Source: a virus
Lineage: Duplodnaviria > Caudoviricetes
DNA length: 63,662 nucleotides
Reading direction: 5' to 3' (one strand)
Virus record (IMG/VR): IMGVR_UViG_3300032799_000186
Span: 1-63,662 of that record
Positions 10,401 to 17,663 of this stretch are shown one piece after another. Under the pieces are notes generated by a model that saw only the letters and a list, made by a program, of their open reading frames with translations, made no database searches and was not told where the DNA came from. Made by a program: the position numbers and the translations under genes. Within the stretch, counting starts at the first letter, position 1. Every line of letters begins with the position of its first letter.

Positions 10401-11398
10401 TTGCGGCGTTTCGGGCTGATGGCAATGCCATTCTTTCGCACAACCACCCCACCAGCATGAGTTTCAGCGCAGAAGATATACACCTCATGGTAGCTTCCAA
10501 TCTGAAGGAAATTCGAGCCGTGGGGAAGAACGGGACGGTGTATTCCGCAACTCGGCCAAAGGGTGGTTGGAAGCAAGTACACGTGGATGAAATGGCTGTG
10601 ATTGCCAAGACAGTTTTGGAAACGGCTACCGATCTTGCCACCAGGGAGATGGATGCTATAATTTATGCTGCGGGTGGGATTCCTGGTACCGAAAATGCCA
10701 AGGGATATACTTACGAGGTGTGGCATGGAATCATCCTCGGATCACAAGAAAAAGCCCTCAAAGTCCTCTTCGACTCGTATGGTGTCGGATTCCGGAAAGA
10801 TAAAATTGTCCCCGGAGCTGCAAAAGATCGTGGACGAGGGGATAGACCTGGATCGGGAGAGCCCCGAGCCGAAGTACGGCAAGAGTTCCAGAAACCAGAA
10901 CAGCTCCAGCTCCTAGACGCGGCCGAGCGGGCCTACCGGCAGTTCAAGCAGAAGCAGCGCGGAGGTCAGGTAACGAAGTCCGATGAGCCGGGGATTGCTG
11001 CCATCGTGGCGGCCGGTAACAGCATGGCCGGTGCTCGCAACCCAGGGCGGGGGACTGCCCCCAACTTCCTGTTCAACGCCCCCATCCGGGGGCCAGCCCG
11101 GACTGACCCCCGGGTGTTCAAGGAGATGGTCGAGGACGAAAAGCGGGAAGAGGACATGGAGAATGCTAGGCGCCGCCGGCGTCGGGACCGACGGATCTAC
11201 AACGTGACCAAGCCGATCCCGGATCATGTTTTTGTTCTCCAGGCCCCGCTGGAGTGGCGGTCTTACGAGAAGATCCGGGATGGGAAGCACCTGGAGCGCC
11301 AGGCCAAGATAAAGAAGTTCGAGCGGGATAACACTGGCTTGCTGAATGAGGACCATGTGTTCATCCGCAAGTCCGAGAATGACCCGGAGGACCGATGA
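7451..11398 (+). CDS. MuF-like head morphogenesis protein fused to inorganic-pyrophosphatase-like, DUF3293-like and JAB/MPN-like domains
   Basis: MuF-type RIANTE..CEHC..HPHCQC (~7950-8230). InPase-like YGEVVGTNGADGDGLDVYLG..VVHQ..YDEEKAMLGF (~8380-8730). DUF3293-like VSAGKNP..GHYGEMENSFLV..GELFNQDTIL (~9050-9460). JAB-like EHAVAFD..HNHP..SFSAED (~10300-10560). Confidence 0.82.
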   Translation: MLLTPEQLQEIRRIIQDYHSAFVVNVVGPTAVAPEILARLKAKGLVDIRIQSIQDAYIYGQLLAHLDNPAIARMTYTQFRDFIKRNPIPMTLVEKQAVKMAEASAGQYCAGLGNRVDMATGATLIEADAALRNQLKDVIRTETAEAISRRESVQKLASNLGHATGDWSRDWRRIANTEVQQAMQTGLADRYREDYGTSVRVAKVPMPDACEHCKRLFLGPDGKPRIWRLADLQAFGTNVGRKTRDWVPTVGTVHPHCQCQLIRVPKGFGFDALGRMVPGGKLGVEADADDFMRSLQLEDEFHKSVSSNDLVNFQGITVHVENRAGELRHWESATGERGITHMLCAYGEVVGTNGADGDGLDVYLGPDPKANTVFVVHQQNPETGVYDEEKAMLGFPSEEFALQVYRAHFNKPGFDVAVSPMGVEQFKVWADATIAAKGEGKSETIRLVIPLEKAQAGPFIGPRGGKWADPEMTIHWEDRPEKPEAQAQEEPSAAPSAKQQIPEHLAKRLARRQPGHGEKIALNKEELGLVLATGKYALVSAGKNPNSPEDAKLTPADFAKRTEQLRQQLVTDGFAYSDVVGHYGEMENSFLVMIHDADREHVRKLGELFNQDTILYSAGGKHEYHFTTGQKKGQYVKGEGHQTFEVAPSDYYTEFTHPDGSITKFLLNLDFDHVFQSEVAKEIAPEVPVQPVPPKSVGRESRDRPAPEWGPGRGVWHAERYSFGESPDAKPLDTISVADLPKDWLDQNAYDMRDAVQAKFGKLEAPPGYQIIYRTGSGPKGLANRNAGNLEAVVDFVRHYEDRGIEYGNKITAYAVRMPEEFADYEKRKGAYLKEGMDKAMPQAGPYIGPRGGKWANPELTISWKEHKARQHATAALAGGSFNQGHWQPRPASEWEDEEAKLRAKLTEARTSGLPRWMELSTPYYRPDWPLSGPVQPEMDLKVAEVAIGAETLEHAVAFDGQGRQLFRATSDQRGYVRFNEKQIAAFRADGNAILSHNHPTSMSFSAEDIHLMVASNLKEIRAVGKNGTVYSATRPKGGWKQVHVDEMAVIAKTVLETATDLATREMDAIIYAAGGIPGTENAKGYTYEVWHGIILGSQEKALKVLFDSYGVGFRKDKIVPGAAKDRGRGDRPGSGEPRAEVRQEFQKPEQLQLLDAAERAYRQFKQKQRGGQVTKSDEPGIAAIVAAGNSMAGARNPGRGTAPNFLFNAPIRGPARTDPRVFKEMVEDEKREEDMENARRRRRRDRRIYNVTKPIPDHVFVLQAPLEWRSYEKIRDGKHLERQAKIKKFERDNTGLLNEDHVFIRKSENDPEDR
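8819..8878 (+). repeat. 20-aa tag copy 3 (GPFIGPRGGKWADPEMTIHW)
   Basis: Preceded by LEKA (8801-8812) and followed by a linker and the DUF3293-like domain. Confidence 0.95.
9983..10042 (+). repeat. 20-aa tag copy 4 (GPYIGPRGGKWANPELTISW)
   Basis: Preceded by MDKA (9959-9970) and followed by the JAB-like domain. Confidence 0.95.
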
Positions 11399-11856
11399 AG
11401 CAACTCACCTTTGTCATTCCCATGGAAGCTCCAGAAATTGAGCACCCCCAGGGATCGATGATCCAGGCTACCCCGGGCAGCGTGGACGCGGCCAAGATCG
11501 CCAAGATGGAACTTCCCCGGGGGGTGCCCCGGAGCCGGTTGACCGTGTGGCTGGTGGACGGAAAGCTGATTCGGGATTCTCTGGACACCGACTTCATCGG
11601 CGGAGGGCATTTCTTTCGGTACCAGTGGATCCCCGAAGGAGAGATTTGGCTGGAGAATGACACCCCCACCAACGACGTGAAGTTTTTCCTGCTCCACGAA
11701 TTGTGTGAACGGGCCTTGATGGTGGACGGTATGGAGTACGACGAAGCCCATTCCCACGCGGCTGAGAAGGAAGCCCTTTGCCGGAAGAGTCCAGAAACTC
11801 TGGATGAGTCCATTTCCCGGGCCATCGTGAAAAATATCAAGGCGGAGCGGAAATAA
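11395..11856 (+). CDS. Hypothetical protein, possible zincin-like metal-binding domain
   Basis: ATGA overlap with the upstream stop. Motif LLHELCE...YDEAH. Confidence 0.65.
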   Translation: MKQLTFVIPMEAPEIEHPQGSMIQATPGSVDAAKIAKMELPRGVPRSRLTVWLVDGKLIRDSLDTDFIGGGHFFRYQWIPEGEIWLENDTPTNDVKFFLLHELCERALMVDGMEYDEAHSHAAEKEALCRKSPETLDESISRAIVKNIKAERK

Positions 11857-11858
11857 GC

Positions 11859-12125
11859 ATGCGCTGCCCGCACTGCAAGAACAAGCTGATCCAGCGCCAG
11901 GGGGACACTATTCGGATTCGAGCCCGAACGGTTGAAGGCCCTTTGCTCATAAAATCCGATGGGTTTCATGGCCAGTGCTTCTGGTGCAAGGCAGATGTCG
12001 TGATTCCCATGTCTCTCGGGGTGGACGTGCCGGCCGAGCGGTTTTTTCTGGGAACCCCTCCGAGTCCAGAAAAGGACTTGACGCCAATTCCAGAATCAAG
12101 TACGTTCCAGAAAGACAGCAAGTAG
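11859..12125 (+). CDS. Small zinc-ribbon protein
   Basis: CPHC...CFWC pairs. Starts 2 nt after the upstream stop. Confidence 0.7.
   Translation: MRCPHCKNKLIQRQGDTIRIRARTVEGPLLIKSDGFHGQCFWCKADVVIPMSLGVDVPAERFFLGTPPSPEKDLTPIPESSTFQKDSK
12078..12106 (+). promoter_or_regulatory. sigma70-like promoter upstream of the prohead protease
   Basis: TTGACG-17 nt-TACGTT, surrounded by TCCAGAA motifs. Confidence 0.45.
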
Positions 12126-12157
12126 AGCCCGTTTGGACTGAGTGCCAGTCCGGTTGG

Positions 12158-12200
12158 GGCAGCGTGGAAGGGAAACTTCCGGCTGCCTCTTTTGTTTTTC
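12158..12200 (+). terminator. Intrinsic terminator-like hairpin
   Basis: GGCAGC-GT-GGAAG/GGAAA/CTTCC-G-GCTGCC followed by TCTTTTGTTTTT. Confidence 0.6.
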
Positions 12201-12210
12201 TGGAGTACAG

Positions 12211-13083
12211 ATGGCCCCACGGATTCCGTTCAACTTCCAATTCGGCGTTGACGTGTTCCACAAGGCCGGAGCCCCCGATGGCAAGCGGAAGCGCATCGGG
12301 GGGATCGTGTCCACGGAGACCCCCGACAAGCAGGGCGAGATTGTGCTCCAGTCCGGACTGGACTTCGGGGAGTTCATGTCTGGCGGCTGGTTCAACGACA
12401 ACCACTCCAAAGAGACCACGGACATCGTGGGATACCCTGAGCAAGTCCAGAAATTCCAGCGGGGGGAGACCCTTCCCAGCGGTAAGAAGGCGGCCTGGAA
12501 TGGCACTTGGGTCGAGGGGTACTTGCTGGACACCGAGAAGGGCCGGCGGATGTGGGAGCTGGGGGTGGCACTCCAGAAAACGAATCGGCGGCTTGGGTTT
12601 TCGGTCGAGGGCAAGGTGGAGCGTCGGGCGGGGCCGCGCACCGTGTTCCTGAAGGATCCCCAGACCGGGCAGGGCCAGTGGGTTGGCCGCGAGATCGTGC
12701 GGGCGGCCGTCCGAAACGTGGCCGTGACCAATGCCCCGGTCCAGGCGGATTCCAAGCTGGAGATTCTGGCGAAAAGCATGATGGCCATGGAACGGCAAGG
12801 GCAAGAGGAAGATGAACGCCTGGACAAGACCCTTGCAATGGGGACGGCAACCCCTGGGCAGAAGCCGGTTGGCCCCCAGACGGGCCGTGGTGCCGGGAAG
12901 GTGCTCACCAGGCAGCACCTGGAGGAGGAAGAGCGCGATCTACTGAAGCCAACCGTGAAAAAGTCCCTGACCGATGCCGAGGCGATTCGGTATGTCCAAG
13001 CCCGGGTTTCTGGAATTAGCTGGGAGGACGCGGGACGGATTGTTCGCCTCACCCGGATTTTGAAACAGCAAAACCGCTTGTAA
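12211..13083 (+). CDS. Prohead (capsid maturation) protease
   Basis: GGAG SD before ATG 12211. IGGIVST..DKQGE..NDNH..GFSVEG..VAVTNAPV matches HK97/SPO1-type prohead proteases. Position before scaffold and MCP. Confidence 0.9.
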   Translation: MAPRIPFNFQFGVDVFHKAGAPDGKRKRIGGIVSTETPDKQGEIVLQSGLDFGEFMSGGWFNDNHSKETTDIVGYPEQVQKFQRGETLPSGKKAAWNGTWVEGYLLDTEKGRRMWELGVALQKTNRRLGFSVEGKVERRAGPRTVFLKDPQTGQGQWVGREIVRAAVRNVAVTNAPVQADSKLEILAKSMMAMERQGQEEDERLDKTLAMGTATPGQKPVGPQTGRGAGKVLTRQHLEEEERDLLKPTVKKSLTDAEAIRYVQARVSGISWEDAGRIVRLTRILKQQNRL

Positions 13084-13097
13084 AAAGGAGAAGGAAA

Positions 13098-14177
13098 ATG
13101 AGCCGAAGAATGCAGAAGGCGGATCCCCCCGCCCTGGCGGATGAGAACGAGGGATCCAACGTGAAGCCGGGCAAGGCGCCCATCGACAACGAAGAGGCCA
13201 CCGAGGGCATCAGCGAAGAGACCGGTGAGCCCCCCGACTCCGAGAAATCGGAGGACCCTGCCAGTGACTCCGATCACATCTCCCACCCCCGTCCCGAGGA
13301 AGGGGAGGGCGAGCAGCGCGGTGGCCCCGGCATGGGCAAGTCCGACGACAACGACGAGGACGATTGGGGTGGCGACGAGGAAGAAGAGGACGATGCCGAG
13401 AAGGCCGAGAACACCGAAGAGGAAGAGGGCGCCTTGACCTCCGAGGCCAAGAAGGAGCGCAACGACGAGAGCATCAAGAGCCTGACCGCCGGCGACCTCA
13501 GCAAGAGCCTGGCCCGCCTCAAGCGGTACGCGGATCGCGGCGGGAGCCAGAGCCGGAAGGATGGCCTGCTCCAGAAGGCCCAGAAGGGCCACGACCTCAG
13601 CAAGTCCGAGAGGGCCGAGCTGTTCGACCTGTTGGGCAGCAAACCCCAGGGCAAGCCTCCCTTGGCCAAGTCGGTCACCCGGGGCCTTCGGAACAACGAC
13701 GGCCTTCAGAAGGCCCTCGACGTGTCAGAGTACCTGGCCGAGCAGCACAACGAGCTGACCAAGAGCCTGGGGGTCCTGTCCACCCACATCGAGCGGTCGG
13801 ACGGTCGGCAGCACGAGTTCAACCTGGTGCTGGCCAAGGCCCTGGCCGATGTGGGCAACCTCGTGACGGCCATGGCCGAGCAGATGGACGCCTTTGGCAG
13901 CCAGGCGGTTCGCGCCCCCAAGAGCAGGGGCTTGTCGGGGTCGGCGGCGCTCCAGAAGAGCATGGCCGGCAACGAGTCCCAGGGCGATGTCCTGTCCAAG
14001 TCCCAGGTGATGGACACCCTGGAGAGCATCCTGGTAGACAACATCCAGAAGGGCGGCACGGGCATCCTGAACGGCGAGGACATCAGCACGGCGATCACCA
14101 AGTACGAGAGCTTCAACCAGATCAGCCCGGTCATGCACCAGGCGGTGATGCAGCACGTGAAGGGCAAGGCGGCTTAG
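13098..14177 (+). CDS. Putative capsid scaffold protein
   Basis: Lies between protease and MCP. Very acidic N-terminal half, helical C-terminal half, 11 [LM]xK[SA] motifs. Confidence 0.75.
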   Translation: MSRRMQKADPPALADENEGSNVKPGKAPIDNEEATEGISEETGEPPDSEKSEDPASDSDHISHPRPEEGEGEQRGGPGMGKSDDNDEDDWGGDEEEEDDAEKAENTEEEEGALTSEAKKERNDESIKSLTAGDLSKSLARLKRYADRGGSQSRKDGLLQKAQKGHDLSKSERAELFDLLGSKPQGKPPLAKSVTRGLRNNDGLQKALDVSEYLAEQHNELTKSLGVLSTHIERSDGRQHEFNLVLAKALADVGNLVTAMAEQMDAFGSQAVRAPKSRGLSGSAALQKSMAGNESQGDVLSKSQVMDTLESILVDNIQKGGTGILNGEDISTAITKYESFNQISPVMHQAVMQHVKGKAA

Positions 14178-14256
14178 GGACGAAGGAGCCAGGCAAGAGG
14201 CGCTTGCGAACGGGCACAACAAACAAAAGCCCTGACGGGCTGCAAGGAGATTGAAA

Positions 14257-15699
14257 ATGAACGGTAACATGGTGTCTTGGCAGGACTACGAAGGGATCGA
14301 CGGATTCGGATCCGCGACCCAGAGTGACGTGGACGACTTGAACAAGGCCCTGAAGGCCGGTCAGTCCATCAACCCCCCGGGCGGGACGGCGGTCGCCGGC
14401 GACGGCTTCGCGTTGCGCGTCGAGTCGCTGGAGAGAACCCTGAAGAACCTGACCTTCCGGATGGAGCACATCAAGCTGTGGAAGGCCATCAGCAAGTTGG
14501 CCGCCTACAACACCGTGGAAGAACACAACATTCTGTCCTCGTATGGTCAGAATGCGGACGCGGGCTGGATCGATGAGGGCGACTTGCCGAGCGAGGATGA
14601 CTCGACCTACGAGCGGAAGTTCGCCGTGGTCAAGTACATCGGCACCGTCCGTCGGGTGACTCACGTGATGAGCCTGGTTCGCCCGGCCCACCAGAACGTG
14701 ATCGCGCAGGAAACTGTCAATGGAACCATGCACTTACTCCGTGTCCTGGAGAAGTCCCTGTTCAAGGCGCGGAGCGACCTGTCCGCCCTCCAGTTCGACG
14801 GGATCGAGAAGCTGTTGCTGGACAGCGCCCCGGCCGTCAACATCATCGACATGCGCGGCCGTCCCCTCAGCGAGGACGTGCTGACCGACGGCGCCCTGGT
14901 CATCTCGGACGCCCCGAACTACGGCCAGGCGACCGACCTGTTCGTGAACCCCCGCGTCAAGGCCGACCTGGTGAAGGCGTTCTTCCCCAAGGAGCGGTAC
15001 GACCTGTTCAACAAGAAAACCGACGGGCTCGTGGGCCTGGACATCGCGGGCTTCACCTCGCCGGCGGGCGACGTGCGCTTCCAGAGCGACGTGTTCATCG
15101 ACGACGGCGGCGGCGTGCCGGCGGCGGCGGTGGGCGATGTCACCAAGATCCCCGCCACCCCGAACCAGAGCACCCCGGCCACCTCCCCCGGGCCGGAAGC
15201 CCTGAGCTTGTTCGGTGCCGACGATGCCGGTGACTACTACTACCGGGTGGTCGCCTGCAATCGGTTCGGCAAGTCCGCCCCCAAGAGCATCGAAGTGGGC
15301 GTTGTCAACGTGTCGGCGCTCGACAAGGTGATTTTCGGCATGACCCCGGCCACCGCCGTGACGGTGAGCTGGTACGAGGTCTACCGGACCAAGAAGAACG
15401 CCGCCGCCGCGACCGCCCGGCTCATCCTCCGCGTGCCGAACGCGGGCGGGGCTGGGGAGCAGCTCATCAACGACTACAACAACTGGTTGCCCGGTTGCAC
15501 CACCGCGTACCTGCTCCAGCAGAACGCGGAGGCGGTGAGCTTCAAGCAGCTCGCCCCGATGGTCAAGATCCCGTTGGCCACCGTGGACTCCAGCATTCGC
15601 TGGATGCAGTTGATCTACGGCGTCCCGGTCATCTACGCCTACGGGCGTCACGTCCTCTACACGAACGTGGGCCGGGCCGAAGGAAGCGTGGGCGTCTAG
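14257..15699 (+). CDS. Major capsid protein (Herelleviridae-like)
   Basis: AGGAG SD before ATG 14257. LNKALKAG..ALRVESLERTLK, YNTVEE, EGDLP..DSTYER, LQFDG resemble Twort/A511 capsid proteins. Strong codon bias. Confidence 0.93.
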   Translation: MNGNMVSWQDYEGIDGFGSATQSDVDDLNKALKAGQSINPPGGTAVAGDGFALRVESLERTLKNLTFRMEHIKLWKAISKLAAYNTVEEHNILSSYGQNADAGWIDEGDLPSEDDSTYERKFAVVKYIGTVRRVTHVMSLVRPAHQNVIAQETVNGTMHLLRVLEKSLFKARSDLSALQFDGIEKLLLDSAPAVNIIDMRGRPLSEDVLTDGALVISDAPNYGQATDLFVNPRVKADLVKAFFPKERYDLFNKKTDGLVGLDIAGFTSPAGDVRFQSDVFIDDGGGVPAAAVGDVTKIPATPNQSTPATSPGPEALSLFGADDAGDYYYRVVACNRFGKSAPKSIEVGVVNVSALDKVIFGMTPATAVTVSWYEVYRTKKNAAAATARLILRVPNAGGAGEQLINDYNNWLPGCTTAYLLQQNAEAVSFKQLAPMVKIPLATVDSSIRWMQLIYGVPVIYAYGRHVLYTNVGRAEGSVGV

Positions 15700-15737
15700 C
15701 GGTTGACGCATGCGCCGCATTGTGATCTAGTATTCTG

Positions 15738-15779
15738 GAAGGGTGGCAGGCCCCTCTCGGCCTGCCACCCCTTCCCTTT
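15738..15779 (+). terminator. Hairpin/terminator after MCP
   Basis: GGGTGGCAGGCC/CCTCTC/GGCCTGCCACCC stem followed by a short pyrimidine run. Confidence 0.6.
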
Positions 15780-15808
15780 ACCGAGTCGAGAGGAGAGCGA
15801 GGACTGTC

Positions 15809-16264
15809 ATGCCTGTGGACGTTCAGAACATGCTGGCTCACATGAAAAACGAGTCGGTCAGCATCGACGGGCGGGTTTACAAGCTGGATGGCGAAGGCAT
15901 CATTCGGAAAATGCCCGAGACGGATGCCAAGCAACTGGTGGAGCGGAACAGTAGCCCTTGGCGCTACCTCACCGAGCGGAAGCCGGTGACTGCTTCGCTC
16001 TCCGATGCCCCAGTCCTACCCCCGCCCCCTCCCCCCAGTGTCACCCCGCCCCCTCCCCCGTTCTCCGAAGAACCGGCTGTGAAGGCCAAGGTCGAGGCTG
16101 GGGTCGAGCGGATTCCGGAGTCTGGCGAGGATTGGCCGGACCCCGTTGCGACCATGAGCCTGGGCTACCTGAGCAAGATGGCCGAGGCATACGGAGTGAA
16201 GTTTGACAAGAAAACGTCGAAGGTCATCTTGATCAAGAAGATCCTGGTGGCCATGTACGACTGA
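15809..16264 (+). CDS. Hypothetical protein with proline-rich linker and C-terminal Rho-N/HeH-like helical domain
   Basis: SD-like GAGGA upstream. C-terminal MSLGYLSKMAEAYGV..TSKVILIKKI pattern. Typical post-MCP position. Confidence 0.6.
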   Translation: MPVDVQNMLAHMKNESVSIDGRVYKLDGEGIIRKMPETDAKQLVERNSSPWRYLTERKPVTASLSDAPVLPPPPPPSVTPPPPPFSEEPAVKAKVEAGVERIPESGEDWPDPVATMSLGYLSKMAEAYGVKFDKKTSKVILIKKILVAMYD

Positions 16265-16277
16265 AAAGGAGCAAGCG

Positions 16278-16637
16278 ATGCAAGCTAAATCCAATTTCCC
16301 GAAGGATGCCCACCGACACATGCCGTTTTTAGCGGACCAGGGCATCCCGAACATGGCGGGCGCCTTCAAGCAGGGCGTGTCCATCCAGCATCTTTGCACC
16401 ACCATGCCCAATGGTGGGGTCATCGTGTTCTCGGCCAATGGGCTGGGCGACATGGAGAACGGCAACTACGCCATCATCATCCAGAACCACAGCGACGCGG
16501 CGGACGAAGCCACCGTGGCCAGGGTCGCCCGGTTGACCACCCAGTTCACCATCGTGGGTCCGGACAATGGCGATGAGCTGGACATCGTGGTGATTGGTCA
16601 GCTCAAGGGCCAGCTCAAGACGGCTCTGTCCGCGTAG
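16278..16637 (+). CDS. Hypothetical virion protein
   Basis: AGGAG SD and structural-gene codon bias. Confidence 0.65.
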   Translation: MQAKSNFPKDAHRHMPFLADQGIPNMAGAFKQGVSIQHLCTTMPNGGVIVFSANGLGDMENGNYAIIIQNHSDAADEATVARVARLTTQFTIVGPDNGDELDIVVIGQLKGQLKTALSA

Positions 16638-16704
16638 GACTTTGGAGTTCGAAAACCCATTGAGTCGGTAGGTGCTTTGCACCCACCGCACGAAGGATTC
16701 CGCC

Positions 16705-17316
16705 ATGGAAAATACCGTTAGCGACGTGGAAAAAGCCAGATTGCCTGGCGCGACAGAGAACGAATTGATCATGTTGTTGGGGACCGCTGCTTTCCCGATG
16801 GTCCTGGGCCAGCCCGTGATCGCAGACGTGGATCGCATCGTGACCACGGTGGACTGGACCGTTGTGGCTCTGACCATCGCGGCCCAGCCGGACTGCCCGC
16901 GCAACATCACCGCCACCCTGACCGACGCCGACAATTCGGTCACCGGTTTGCTCACCATCACCGGCGAAGATGCCCAAGGGCGTACCGTGGTCGAGACCAT
17001 GGCGCCGAATGGCGCCGGTGGGGGCAAGACCTTGGTGGGGACCAAAATCTTCGCCAAGGTGGTCAGCGCAGTCATCACCCTCGCCACCGGGGCCACGACC
17101 GACGACGAAGTGGTCATCGGTGTGGGCGACGTGATCGGGATCCCCATCGACCTGAGCTGGACGGTTTCGGTGACTCACACGTACCTGGGTGGTACCCGGA
17201 TCGCGTCCCCGACGTTGACCGCCGGGGTCTCCACCTCGGGCGTGAACGTGTCGGCAAGCACCTACAACGGAACGAAGGTGCTGCTCGTGTTCGTGAAGCC
17301 GACGAAGCGGGCGTAG
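16705..17316 (+). CDS. Hypothetical beta-rich virion (decoration-like) protein
   Basis: AAGGA SD before ATG 16705. T/V/G-rich, with a TITGEDAQG..ET..GTKIF motif. Confidence 0.65.
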   Translation: MENTVSDVEKARLPGATENELIMLLGTAAFPMVLGQPVIADVDRIVTTVDWTVVALTIAAQPDCPRNITATLTDADNSVTGLLTITGEDAQGRTVVETMAPNGAGGGKTLVGTKIFAKVVSAVITLATGATTDDEVVIGVGDVIGIPIDLSWTVSVTHTYLGGTRIASPTLTAGVSTSGVNVSASTYNGTKVLLVFVKPTKRA

Positions 17317-17335
17317 CACCCAGAGGGAGGACTTC

Positions 17336-17641
17336 ATGTCCGTTATGACCGTTCGCGGAGGTGTGCCGAGCGTCTTTCGCGACACCATCTCCATCACCGG
17401 GCGCGATCACAGCTTTCCCATGGCCATGTTTCTCATCATCCGGGTCATAACCAACCCCTGCAAGCTGTACTTCAAGCAAGCTGATTTCGACGCGGATCAG
17501 AACTACGTTCTGGTACCGGTGGCAGCCGCTACCACTCCCAACGGAGAGTGGGCCGGCCCGGTCGAGGTGGACAAGGTGTGGCTGAAGGGGTCCGGCGGAA
17601 ATTCTGCGGTTGAGCTTGTGACCTTCCAGCGCCGGGGATAA
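17336..17641 (+). CDS. Hypothetical protein
   Basis: GGAGG SD, in operon. Confidence 0.65.
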   Translation: MSVMTVRGGVPSVFRDTISITGRDHSFPMAMFLIIRVITNPCKLYFKQADFDADQNYVLVPVAAATTPNGEWAGPVEVDKVWLKGSGGNSAVELVTFQRRG

Positions 17642-17663
17642 CCTGGAGGTTGGGAGGTGACCG

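Noticed and set aside
15703-15736. TTGACG...TATTCT as a promoter after MCP
   Set aside because: The spacing is 22 nt, too long for sigma70, and the adjacent hairpin is better explained as a terminator.
16015-16060. C-rich low-complexity tract
   Set aside because: It encodes a proline linker (PPPPPPSVTPPPPP), with no sign of a separate repeat element.
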